Shown piece after piece: positions 1-13,000 of a stretch of DNA of 64,000 nt. The notes beneath the pieces are model-generated. The model saw only the letters and a program-made list of their open reading frames with translations, searched no databases and had not been told where the DNA came from. The stretch lies in assembly GCA_904063045.1 (NCBI GenBank), contig CAJFCJ010000031.1:343503-407502 (forward strand). Reading direction: 5' to 3'. Numbering within the stretch: the first letter of the stretch is position 1; each line of letters opens with the position of its first letter. The translations under genes were made by a program, and so were the position numbers. The stretch comes from Dimorphilus gyrociliatus. Lineage: Eukaryota > Animalia > Annelida.

Positions 1-1
1 G

Positions 2-244
2 CATTGGGCTTTAATTTTCTACGGCCTATCAATCCTTCTTTTGTTCTTAAACTTCTATTTTCACGCATACGTGAAATCCAAAGGAAAGAAGGTATAGTGT
101 TGTATTATTCATAGAATAAAAGTATTTTTTATCATTATTGTTAGACATTTTGAATGATGATGACTAGACAAGAATGTATTCAATTTAACTTCTTTTCAGG
201 TTAAAAGCAACGGAGAACACAAAAAGAATGGAAAATCTGACTAA
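2..244 (+). CDS. ELOVL4: ELOVL4-like very-long-chain fatty acid elongase, 3' end only (exons <2-91 and 200-244)
   Basis: Not in the ORF track. Frame from nt 2 reads HWALIFYGLSILLLFLNFYFHAYVKSKGKK, then a phase-0 GT..AG intron (92-199), then VKSNGEHKKNGKSD*. This closely resembles the human ELOVL4 last TM segment (HWALIAYAISFIFLFLNFY) and its Lys-rich ER-retention tail (..KNGKAKGD). The gene is 5'-truncated by the window. Confidence 0.85.
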
Positions 245-849
245 AGCATTGTTTTCACGTGTTAGAGTATTTTTCAAAAATAGATGTTATTTTACACTTT
301 AATACAGAATAAAATTGAAATAGTAAAATAAGATACTTTGTCCAATTTTTCAAAACCGGAACTTAATTAATTTAAATTTCGCGCCCCACCATTCGTAAAC
401 GGTGATTCATAAACCGGTCAGAGGGATTTCCAAGGCACTCCCGGAACCGCACATTGCATTTTCTATTATAGTTAAATTTATGATTTTAAATATATTTCTT
501 TTATTGATACCATGATCTTTTTTAAACGATTGATGATGGAGAGAAAAAAGTAAACAACAACATATATATAAATATAAATAGAATACGGTCAGTATCAACA
601 GATGTTACTAAGCTGTATGCTTTTCTTGTTTCCTTTTCGTAATTTTCTAACAATAATAATCTTAGCTGATATAAAGAAAGTTATATCTTTTTATGATTAT
701 ATTAAAAAAAGGAATTTTTATTTTATATATTATATAAGTTATTTTTAAAAGAACAGAACATTAAATAAATATGTTGCCTAAGTATCGACATTTTCAATCT
801 CTTTTTTACCAATAGGTTCGAGCTAATATGAACAAAAGCGCTTAGAAAC

Positions 850-1893
850 ATGACATATTTGGCCTATATTATCCATCTTGTTAAGAGAATTTTGAAAGCT
901 CCAAAAATCGCAGCACTTGTGACTGTTCTATTCTTTTTAGCAGAAAATGTAACTGAATTAGCTATTAGATATGTACCGGAATTCAATCGTCTAAAACAGG
1001 GAATTCATAATTGTGACAGGCTACCAAAGATAGATACATATGGAATAATGTGCCCTTTTGATAAACCGAGCTTATATGCTACCAATGATGTTATTATTTT
1101 AACATATGCCAATTCTGGATGGTCGTCTCAAGTAACCAACTGGATTTGTAACGCTAAAAAAGCGAAATTATCTAATTTATTAGTTGTAGCTGTTAACGAA
1201 GACTTATGTAAAAGCTTAGGATCGATTGAAGGCGTAAAATGTTGGACACCTTCACTCTCACCAGCATTTCAGCATTTGAAAGACAAAACTATGCAACAAT
1301 CAAGATTTAACGCAAGTGGGAAAGCCCAATGGGGAACTCAAAAATATGGATTACTGTTAAAATATCGGACTTTAGTCATATATTCTCTACTCAAATGTGG
1401 ACATCCGCTTCTACTATCTGATACGGATGTTATTTTTCTAAAGTCTCCCTTAAATTATTTAAGGCAGCTTGCTTATGGGAATGGTTCAAATATAGATACT
1501 CTCAATCCTAAAAACGAAATGATCTTCCAGAAAGACGCAACCGGTTGGAGAAGATTCGACAGTTGGGGCCTAAGAGGTTGGCTTGGTAATTGGTATGCTT
1601 GTGCCGGTTTTGCATACATCATACCTACTCCTGCCATAATAAAATTTTGGGAGGGAATGCTAGCCTTCCAAGAATTTGATTGGAATGATCAAGTCGGTGT
1701 TAATTTATGCTTGAGATATTCTAACCACAGAGTTCGTTGGACGACACTGGACTCGCAAATATTTCCAAATGGTAGAATGGTGCAGGATGGATACGAAATG
1801 AATCAAGATCCTTTTGTTATTCATTTTAATTGGATTCACGACTTTAACGATAAAATTAAGTATATGAAATTAAGGAAACTTTGGTGTGGATAA
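850..1893 (+). CDS. Nucleotide-diphospho-sugar transferase (Pfam Nucleotid_trans / CAZy GT77-like), type II membrane protein, 347 aa, intronless CDS
   Basis: N-terminal hydrophobic anchor (IAALVTVLFFL), DxD motif LLLSDTDVIFLKSP, CAGFAYI, NDQ motif (WNDQVGVN) and C-terminal HFNW, which are typical of this family. A splice acceptor at about 815 implies a non-coding upstream exon. Confidence 0.8.
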   Translation: MTYLAYIIHLVKRILKAPKIAALVTVLFFLAENVTELAIRYVPEFNRLKQGIHNCDRLPKIDTYGIMCPFDKPSLYATNDVIILTYANSGWSSQVTNWICNAKKAKLSNLLVVAVNEDLCKSLGSIEGVKCWTPSLSPAFQHLKDKTMQQSRFNASGKAQWGTQKYGLLLKYRTLVIYSLLKCGHPLLLSDTDVIFLKSPLNYLRQLAYGNGSNIDTLNPKNEMIFQKDATGWRRFDSWGLRGWLGNWYACAGFAYIIPTPAIIKFWEGMLAFQEFDWNDQVGVNLCLRYSNHRVRWTTLDSQIFPNGRMVQDGYEMNQDPFVIHFNWIHDFNDKIKYMKLRKLWCG

Positions 1894-3255
1894 TCGTATC
1901 AGCTCGGAATTAATAATTATGCAATACTCATTTTTAAGGGAAACGTAAAATGAGTTTACTAGCAATTAGTATTTTTAGTATTGCAATTACAGCAGTTCTT
2001 ATAATAATCTGCTTTAAATCAGTATTACTACTATTTTATACAATTAAGTAGACTTATTTTATGGTCCCGTTTTCTCGACAGTTCTGTTCCTTTTAAACAG
2101 TAATTTAAGTTTTTTTCTGTGCCTTTAAATTGCAAGTTTATTACATTGTCATTCATTATCTCTTAAGAAAAAAAAAGCCCCTCCTGTAAAAGAAAAATTA
2201 TCTTAAATTTCTTTATTTAATTACCTATTTAGCAATACTATACTTTGTTGTAAAAAGTTTCGATTTTTTGTTCACTTTTTTATTTGGTTTTGTTGGTTCT
2301 CCACGGCTTTTTATGATAATAAAGAAGAAAAAAAAAACAAAAACGGAATCGTTCATAGCTATAATCTTGTGGAAAGGCAATACTTTAAAACTATTATTCA
2401 TTTCAAAATTGTTACTTTGTGGGCGTTTCACTACGATTACTAAGAAGTATTTTCCACGTTTTGGTTGATAAAATACACATATTTATAAAAAGTTATTAAA
2501 GGATCATCTATTTTTTCTTTTAACTTTCCATTCTGTTTCGATCTAAGTAAATTATTATTTGAAACAGATGATAAGAATACGTTTATATTCTTTAAAAGAT
2601 ATTTAAATTTTATATGGCTTTAGAGAGATGGCGCTGTTAAAAAAATAAGGCTGTTACGTTTAGAGTTATTTACTCTTTATAAAAAATCATTTTTAAAGAT
2701 ACTAAAAGTATAAACAAAATTATAATTAAGCTATTTTAATTTAATACTGATAATAAATGGGAAATTTTAATGAATTAAGCTATATATGGGATAAAAAACA
2801 CTTGGTCGGGGGGTGAGGTAGCTATTTGGAATAGCCTTTAAGAGAAGGCCGTGGACGGTCGAAAAGGAGCTGCCTCGCCCAGAAAAAGAATTTTAGACAC
2901 GTGTTTCATACAGGAAACTTGTTTACAGCTCATTCCGAAAACAATTTTAAACTTCTTATAACGTTACGTAGACGTTGGCGAGAAGATTCTAAAGAGTATG
3001 TTATCTACGTATTGAAATTTCTACCTTTACTTTCAACGATGTTAAATCCTGTTCTGACCGCGCCCTTTTTTAAATTTCTGTGATCAAGTTAAAGGTCGTT
3101 AGAAATTGATTTCCTTATCATAACATTTTCTAAATAAAACTATATGATAAGGAACGTAGTAGGCTGAGATAATGTTAAGACGAGAAATAGCAGTAGCAAT
3201 AAATGAACTTGTTTAACCAGTTGCTAACTATTTCAGATTAGGCTGTTCGAATGAT

Positions 3256-6200
3256 ATGCCAGGAGTCATGAATAATCCAGACTATCCACAGTAAGTACAA
3301 TTTGTTTACGCCCATCTATGAGCAAAAAGACGTTTTTTAGTTTGTTTGTTGTTGAAACCTTTGATGGTTCTCAACATTGAATGAAACCGCTTGTAAAAGC
3401 TGTTGTTCATGATAACGAGAGAAATTTTAGTTCCTGGTAAGATAAGAGAAAAAACCTTTTTTATCATAAAATCTGTAAATGATACAACTCCTTCTCTCCA
3501 AAAATCTAACACTGTTAGTTAGATATTAGAGTCAGTCTGTATAGTAAAATTAAATTCCTTATCAATGTCTTTTGACTAGATTTGATAATAAAATATTCAC
3601 GGTATCTGCAGGGATCCAGATCCATATTTTGCTTATCACGACGATTATAAGAGTTCAAGGGATAGAAGGTTCGATAGAGATCAAGAAGACCACTATTACA
3701 ATGAGAGGCCAAGAAGAAACAATGATTACTCCGAACAATCAAGAGAGAACAGCGGTCGCCGAAGAAATGATAGACGAACGTATGATAACGATTATCAATC
3801 AATGCATGACGAAAGAGAAGATTTATATTCCAAAGTGAGACGTCCTCACAGAGATCGCGATGGACAGAATATAGGTGCTCACAACGTCGTTGAATCATAC
3901 AACAACAGCGAAAGAGGTTAATTTTTTTATTTTATTTTTTTAAAGTATAGGAAAAACAAAAATTATTATTCCTCGCACGTTTGTTGATTCAATATATTTG
4001 AATGTAAAGTACGAAATATTTTCTTGATTAGTAAAATTGATAAAGCAATTCTTTTGAGCAAAGATATTTATGAAGTTATCAATCATAAAATTTGTTTTAT
4101 CTATCCTCTTCTGGTTATTTATTTTAAAATATCAGTATTTTGTTTCAAATTTTTATGTTTTAATGTGCAATAAAAGTATTAGTCTCTTATTTTTTAAGGT
4201 ATCATTTAACTACGAACAGGTCAAAGAAGAAGAAACGACAATATGAATAGAGAAGAAGGACAAATTATTGATCTTGATCATTTAGTCACCATGTCAATGG
4301 ATCGAGGTATTTTCCATACAGCTAACTCATTTATCTTACTCATATTTCAAATGATTTTTTATATTATGTTTAGTGAGAGACATTAAAGAAGGAATTGAAT
4401 ATCTTAGAGGAATTAGACAATGGTTGAATAAATTACACTGTTCTATAGAGGTAGCTAGGGGAAAGCTGTTTTGCTACGAGGCTGGAACTAAAAAAGAATT
4501 AGAAGTTTACCCTCTCGACTCAATCAGTCACGTAACTCCCGTAGAATCGATAGATAACATTTACAACAACGTTATTTTATTTGTAATTAACGGTGAAGTC
4601 ACAAGGGAGTTGGCAGCCTTTCAATGTGTGGATAGGTCAGCTCACGAAGTAGCTGACATGATCGAAAGAGCTAAGATGATAAAAAGAGATCGTCCTATAT
4701 CTCCTCAACCTTCTGAACGATATACGGATGAGGACAAAAAAATTGTTATGAATCGAGTAAAAATGATTGAACAAGCCCAAACATCTCTACAGGAAGCAGG
4801 CCCTTACGTTGCTGGTCAAACAAAAGAAAAATTTCGAAAGTCTATGAGAAGGAGTAACGAGCGTCACGATAGTAATGCGTCTTTGCTTGATGAAAAAACA
4901 GAAAGGGATTCGCAAATGTTAAATCGATGTTTCGACGATATTGAACGCTTTATTTATAAGCTGCAGCAGGCTGCTGAGTATCATAGACGCCTTAAGGCGG
5001 CTGGAAGAAGAAATAGAAGGGACGACGGAATTCTAACTGAGCGTTCTCGTCCACCTCCTTCTAAGGAATTCATCGAAGTTTTTCAGAAATTTAAACTTTC
5101 GTTCATTTTATTAGCCAAGCTTAGGGATGATATTTTCCGGCCTACTGCACCAGAACTTATTGCCCATCTGTTCACTCCTTTAAATATAATAGTCTCGGCA
5201 TCAAGAGATCCTGAGACAAACCAACCAGAGATCGCCTCGAAAGTTGTTAGCCCCTTACTAACTAGACAAGCTAAGGAATTACTTGAAGAAAGCCTTACTG
5301 AACGAGAAAGGTTTCTCTGGGAATCTCTAGGCCCTTCTTGGACCCAAACAAGAGAAGAATGGACGGGATATGTCCCACCGTACTATCCCAATTTTGAGGG
5401 ATTAAGTTCAAGGCAAGATGTCACATCAGAAGCAGAGTTTGATCATGTTTGTTTTCTTTCAAAACTAATTGTTTAACATAATAAGAATTTCCTACTATTT
5501 TCATTAGCCAAGGCAGCCGCGTGGTCGACGACACGAAGATAGTAGCAGATATGAAAGAGAGAGGCCAAGACAAGAGAGCAATGGTCAAAAACGAGTTCCC
5601 GACACATGGAATTCTGAAGGTCTTGGATACGGAGATGACGTTAGTAATTTTAGTCATTTAATTTACTCTAAATTATATCTATTCTATCTGAATTTAATAA
5701 TTGTAGGAACCAGTTCAACCAGAAGTTGTACGTAGAGAACAAGCAAGGCATTCGGCAGAAAAACCAAAAGATTACGATTCCAATCCTAGAAACAGTCGCG
5801 AGACTAACAAATCATCAAACAAAGCTCAAAAAGCAGTTACCGAAAAGTTACCTAGTAATCCAGAGGAAAGAAATTTAGAATTTTATCGCAGACTCTTAAA
5901 CGAAAATGCAGAGTAAGTATTCCTGTACATTTATTAGGCTATAATTATGCTCTTTGATTACGAACTTGTTTTGTTATAGTATCGCCAAGGCAACAGCCTC
6001 CAGAGAAGGAAGCAATAATAAAGAATTAGATGTATATAGCGGAGAGTATCTAAAAGTAATAATTTCAAAAAAACATACATACAATACTTATATTTAATAA
6101 TTTTAAATGTTTTTTTTTCTATATTAATTTTAAGGTTCTAGACCACTCAAGAAATTGGTGGAAACTGATGAATGCAGATGGAAATAAGGGCTTTGCTCCT

Positions 6201-6373
6201 TTTAATATATTGTCACCAATTAATGGAGATTTACAGCCTCCAGCGGTACGTAACTAGCACAATTAGAATATTGTGTTATCAAACCAAAAAACATGTGTAA
6301 AACGACTGGTTCATTCAAGTTTTTATATTTTAGATATAATAACTCATTTCAATTCTAGTATATACAGTACACA

Positions 6374-6413
<40 letters not shown>

Positions 6414-8733
6414 TATATATATATATAAATTATATTCGGGGTTAAACAGGAAGAGAGGCTTATAAGACCAAACATATAATATATAGAATACCTTTTTATA
6501 TATATTTATATATATACAGTATATATATACATGTATGTATTAAAGAATTTTTACGTCTATTTATATTTATTAAATCTATGCCAATCGACAAGTTCCAAGA
6601 AATGTGATAGTTTGCGTGATTTTTTTTTAAATTTGTGATACATATCGTGGATTCTTTTTATGTATTTTGACAATGAAATTAATCCCATAGATGAAAGCAG
6701 CGATTTATAATAATTTTTTTAGTTATATATCTAATTTTTAATTGATTTCTTCTTCTCTTTCTGTTGAGTGAGTGTACAATGGTGTATATTTTTTCAAACA
6801 TAAGCAGCCCACAAGTCATAGACGATCTGTTTCGTCTGAATCAAGTGTTAGTAACATTCCGAAAGCACCACCTCCTCCTCCTGAATCATGGAAATATGAG
6901 CGTCCAAACGGTTCTCGTAGCTCAATTCCAGGTGAATTGTCTGTTGATATTTTGATTTGAGATATCTTAGCTGCTTCAATTGATTTTCTTTTCCTTATAT
7001 ACGACACAAAGCAAAAAAATCAATGTTTTTTAAAACAATAATGCATATGTTTTTACACACAAATTTTAATATTTAGTGTAATTATGTACCATTATTAACA
7101 TATCATAAGATAATTTTTATACTCTTTTACAAGAAAACAGTAGCTAGGTTAAAAATATTTAAAATGTATATACCTTATTTTTTCTAAACTTCAAAACGAT
7201 ACACAAATCGTAATGGATAAAAGTTGTTAATCCCCTAGCCTCGATTCCTATATATGTTTTTTTTAATCCTTTATTGCATGCCATTTTATTTTAATCGTTT
7301 AAGTTTTACAAACAAAAATGGCTGCTTATAAAGTTTAGTAAAAATTTATTTTTTGTTATACTTTTTTTTTCCCAATTTTGTCTTGTATTTGTTTCTAACA
7401 TTCCAATTCCATCTTCCTGAATCTGTGCTACTTTGTTTTCTTTTTATTAATATTAATTTTACAAAAAGTCTACGAACGTGATTTCTGTTAATTATTCGAG
7501 AGACTTGGAAAAAAAAACTATTTAAGAAAAGAAAAAAAAATAGCAAAAAATAGTAAAACAATGACTTTTTCTTGTATTTATATCGAATACATTATTTGGA
7601 AAAGAAATATAATAGTTGTGTTTTTTTTTTATATGATTTTTATTATTATTATCATTATTTTTGATTCCTTCAACATTTTTGCTTCCACCCCAACCGCTTT
7701 TTCTGTACATATAGTATACACATACGCACAGATACTTAAATACATATATATATATATGTATGTATATATATTCACGTACATAGTTATACCTATAGACATA
7801 TTATAATTGAGAAGCATCTCAATGTTTTTTTTTTTTTTCGCACTTTTCAACTGCTCGTCATCTTGATTTTTTTTTAATTTATCCTTTTAAATACATTAAT
7901 TTAACTACAACAAAAAAGGACCATGAAGGAATAACATAAAAAAAAGAATCTATTTTGTCCTTGTTGTAAATTATAGAAAACAATAATTAAAATCCAGTTT
8001 TTTGGATTCATTTTCCGATTGCTTACTGAACAGAAAATGATTCCAACGAAGTACAACAACAGAAGAAGAAAACTAGTAATTATGAGCGAGATGTGAAATA
8101 TTCTAGTGAGTTTGAAGATTGCTGAAAAGAATCTTCCTTTTCTTATAAATTTTATTGGTATCTATTGTAAATATTTCCCATTTCGATTCAAAGAGCAAGC
8201 GAGTCAGCAAGATACGCTTAACTTAGAATTGAAGAATAGGTTAACGATGGGAAAGACAGAAAGGGATCAGTTTAGATCGAAACAGAGAGTGTCCGTAACG
8301 ATCATCTCCGATAAAAGCTCGGCGGACGAAGTCAGAGAATGGTTAAGAAATAAACGTTTTGATAATGAGTATGTTAATCTCATTTTGAATAAAAATAGCA
8401 TAGCAAACAGCTAATAAATATGTATTTCTCCAGAGTAATTGAAGCTTTACAAGGAAGGTCTGGTAGAGAATTGTTTGATCTAAGCAAAAGGCAAATTGAG
8501 CAAATATGCGGATATGATGAAGCTGATAGGTTGGAGACTCAATTAAATGTTCAAAAAGGAAAGTGTGGTGTAGGTATTTTATTAAAGATGGTAATTTTTC
8601 TAAATAGCTTTACGTAATATAGTACAAATCTAAGGAATCTGCCGAATTGCAAAGAATTCTTAGATCACGAAAATCAATATTAGAAGGTTCGTCATTTGCT
8701 AAAAGTTTTCCTCGTCGTATATCTAACCTATAA
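3256..8733 (+). CDS. EPS8: EPS8-family actin regulator (PTB-like, central region, SH3, SAM/effector), about 881 aa
   Basis: Exons 3256-3290, 3612-3916, 4220-4306, 4374-5446, 5508-5639, 5707-5912, 5980-6055, 6135-6245, 6805-6931, 8034-8105, 8194-8368, 8434-8569, 8623-8733. All are GT-AG with consistent phases; total 2646 nt. Motifs: DHLVTMSMDRVRDIKEGI (PTB), QMLNRCFDDIERFI and EVFQKFKLSFILLAKL (EPS8 core), ELDVYSGEYLKVLDHSRNWWKLMNADGNKGFAPFNIL (SH3), EVREWLRNKRF..ELFDLSK (SAM). Confidence 0.93.
6377..6410. repeat. (TA)17 microsatellite in an EPS8 intron
   Basis: Direct reading. Confidence 0.95.
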
Positions 8734-10000
8734 TTCTTTTGCCCGACAGATAATTAATCAACTTTTCATTACTGGTGCCTTGATTTACGGCTGATAAGGT
8801 TTTACGCACTTTTATGCCTTATTAAGCGATGAAACCTAAGAAATGTGATACTATTTGTTGTAGTTTTATTCTTTTTCGCTTCGAAAATATTATGCTATTA
8901 TACAATTGACTGTATTCTCAGAAAATGTGACTATAAGTGCACAATATTTCAAAAATTACACTGCAGTTAACCTCTTTGGCAAAGAATAATATGTGATCAA
9001 AATAGTTACATATAGTCGTTATTTGTTTGTTTTTATTAATGATTCAACATTATCTCTTTTTACACTTAAATAAACTACTCTTCCATGGTTTGGTGCTAAA
9101 GTCTATTGTTTTGAATTTACATAATGTTACTTTTTAAAAGAAGGAATTAATTAATTAATCATAATCGAATTATAGGGGGAATTGGTTTCCATACTAAAAT
9201 AAAAATATTCCAATACCTTCCGGTCTCCCTCATTTCCACCTATCCCCTTTTTTCACTCAATTCTTGCAACAGATGCTACTTTTTATCGACTATTATGACT
9301 AGAGAAAGCAGCAATCTCAAAGACTTGCTATGATTGTAGATAATGACAAAGATCCTTTCTGGATTACTTTAATAAATACTATTAATGATCAAGTATGTAA
9401 AACAATATTTGTATTAGAATAATTTTCGCAATAGTTTGTTCTCTTCTTTTAAATGTAGAAAATAAACAAAACCGAAATAATTTATTGATTTTTCTTCTCA
9501 TTGCGGTAACTTGGCGTTAATTTTCTAAAGAGATTTACTGAATATCAAAATATGTTTTTTTAAAAAGTTATGTAAATATCTATCCGAAAAGTTTTTGTTG
9601 TATAAAACCTCTTTCAAAAGAAAATTTCCATTTGTTCAACGTTTAGAGTCATGCGTTAAAATGTGAAATATGTGACGGTTTAGTATGTTTTTATGCATTC
9701 TTTTTAAGATAAAGCACGATCTATGTAGTTCTAGTTTATGCTATTTGCTTATTTAGTCCCGCTTTCGAACTAAGATAATACTTTTAAGTATATGAACGAA
9801 AATGGTAAAACTGTAGAAAGACTGACAAAAAACAAGAGAGAAAGAGTGATAAGTAATAATACTACAATATATAAGGTGAGAATATGATATAGAATGCAAT
9901 ATAGCGAATAGTAAATACGAACGATTTGAATTCTTTTTAAAGAGTAGTTAAAAGTTAAAACAGAGTCTTAAAATTAAAAACAGGTTACTTTCTTTTAAAA

Positions 10001-13000
10001 ATGGCGCTTCACGATAACGAATTTGTCAATTCCTTACACCAACAGGTTTGAAACAATGTAACTCTGAATATTTAAGTAACTTTCTATCAATAAATAAATA
10101 TTAATCATAAGATAATTTTGACTGTTTCTAGGTTAAAGATATTATTCCTGATCCCATTGAAAGAGATGAGCTATACAATTATTTGAATATATATAAAAGG
10201 TATTACTTGCAAAGATATACTAAATAGTAAATATTGTATATAAAATTTGTTAAAATAACCAATGCAGCACGGAGAATATTCAACAGTTGATAATCAATTT
10301 GTGTAAAGTAGTAAATTGTCCGGAAAAGCTAGATGTTTTTAACTTGATAAGGTAAATTTAATTGACAAATATACCACTAAGCTTGAGAATAATATACTTC
10401 TTTTCTTCATTTGTTTTCATTCATTATCCATATTAGTATCTGTTGCTTCTTTTCTATTTAGGCCGTACGTTCTACCGCAGGATCAATATGTATACGATCT
10501 ACAAGCGCCAATCCCCAAATCGGGATATAGAAATATCATTTTAAAGCGTATAAATAGCTCGGATAGTTTGGGATTTACTTTCCGCGGAGGGTTTCAAAAT
10601 AGCGTAGGCGTTTATGTATCATCAGTTGCAAAAAATTCCCAAGCCGAAGAAAAAGGTTTAAAAGCCGGTGACGAAATTATAAGCATGAATGGATTTACAA
10701 TTAAACAAGCTGTTTATTCCGAGATAATGAAGTTGGCTACTTCCTATAAAGAAATCTGCTTAAAAATTAAACGTAAGTTTTCATGTTTACGGGTAACAAT
10801 TATTATATATCAAAAGAGGAAGTGAAAAGAAAAGCTCTTATTTTTTGTTTAGATATCGGTATGCTGCCAGTTAAAAGGTATATTTATTGAAGGATTTATA
10901 ATTCTTTTTTGACGTAATTCAATATGAAATTAATAGACATGCGCAAAATCCGATACGGTGGGAGTATGTTGCTAGGCAGGAAAAAAGTTTAGTAAGTTTT
11001 TAGCCTGATTGAAATTTTTCCAATACAGTTTTTGTTTTGTTTGTTGTTTTAGTCGAGAAATAATGCGTCAACAGAGGAAATATGTCTATTTCTTTATATT
11101 CCTTTGGATTCATCTATCGGTTGTAGGTAATTATAGAAATGGCTGATAGTTAATTGAAGGTCTTAATAGGTCGTGAACTAACTCATGTTTCTAAATAGCA
11201 TTGCTAGCGACAGGGAGGGGGAAGGAAATGTAACTGTTCAAGGAATTAAGGAAGGCTCAGTTGCCGATAAGGTTGGATTAAAGAAGGGCGATACGATACT
11301 AAACGTAAATGGGACAGATTTTGAAGGCATATCTCACTCTGAGGCAATTGTTGCTATGAAAGGCAGCAGACATCTGAAGATGACTATTTGTAGATCGTTA
11401 GAATCAACAACTACAGGCCAATTAGTTAGTTACGAAATTGTTTACCGAATACTTAATTCTATTGATATTACATTTTTATCCTAAAAGGAAAGAAGTAATG
11501 AAATACTATCAATGGAACACAAAACTAGCGGAAAAAATTCATCAGATGGCGCTGTGGAGACAATAAACAGTTTTGAAAAAGAGATCGTCACACAAAAACC
11601 TCAATATACTGGAGTAAAATTCGTGACTTTAAAAATCCTTTATAAACCTTTCTTTAAATCCAGAATAAACTTTATCTCATTTTAGAATGCAAATCCACAA
11701 GAATTACACGACTTGGAAAGAGAGGATATTACTGAAAAGAGGGAACAGCTTTCTAATGTATGTTTATTCTATCTTGTCATTAGTTTTATTACATTTTTTA
11801 TGGCTGTTTTAATTGTCAGGAGACTCAATTGCCTAGAAAAAAACCTGATAGAATAGTTATACCGACTGAAAATTCAAATTATGAATTGTTGCCTACTTCT
11901 CCAGTAAGTAAAAATTCTTCAGTATAATTTTTTTAATATATATATATAATCAGTTTCTTTTAATAATATTCGTCTTCGTAAGGTTGCCAAATCGTATATG
12001 AGCAATGAGAGAGCTCCGAGTTTTAAAATACAAAAACCAGTTTTACTCAGCCCAATTGGAAATCGTCATAGGTTTGTCTTCTTTTTTATACTGTATATAC
12101 AGCATATATATATATATATATATATATATACTGTGTATATTTAATATACTATATAAATTTATATATAATATATGTTAAATCGAAATTACATCTCATCCAT
12201 ACTTTATTCAATTCTATTCTTCATATGCATTGAAGATTTGAGTTGGTTACTATTATTGAGTTCAGTCTGCAAAGGCAACGAGAGGATTTAGGGTTGTTCT
12301 GTCTAAAAAGTATATAATCTGTATTCTTTGAAAATTGTAATTTCAACGAAATACGTATATATATATATAAATTTATATCTATATACAGTATATTAGTGTC
12401 TTAAATCTGTATACAAATTTCATACTATAAATAGCAGTATATAAATATATATTCCATGTATAAATTAACAGCGTAATTAAAGAAGAGGCTAGATTCGATT
12501 TATCTTTATTAACAGATCAACTTTTCCAACCAACACGATTGGTAAGCTTCTCTTTTTTTATTGATTGTTATATACATCGTTTTATTGATAATTTCTTTTC
12601 GTTAGTTTACTAATGAGGAAATATCAGGTCGTCACGTGATACTCTGTAGCGTTCCAATAACGGGCAGTTTAGGTATGACACTAGAAGATCGACTAGGGCA
12701 CGTAATCGTATCGAATATTGTTAATGGAGGAGTAGTTGACAAATTGAAAAAAATTGATATTGGAGATGAGCTTTTAGGATTCGACGATTACAACGTTTTG
12801 AAAATGGAATTTGAAAAAGTTGAAAACTTATTGGCAAACGCTTGCACCGCAAACTCTAAAGTTGGTTATTTCATATTTTTTTCATTATAACGTATAATTG
12901 ATTATTTAACGTTTGATGTATCAATTACAGGAATATCTAAGATTAATTATAGCCAAAACCCCATCATCAAATCAATACTATGCAGTTGAAATGTGAGTAA

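Noticed and set aside
3572-3838. Track ORFs 3572-3838 (+) and 3515-3898 (-)
   Set aside because: Alternative and antisense frames of EPS8 exon 3612-3916, whose real frame (DPDPYFAYHDDY..) splices in phase with its neighbours.
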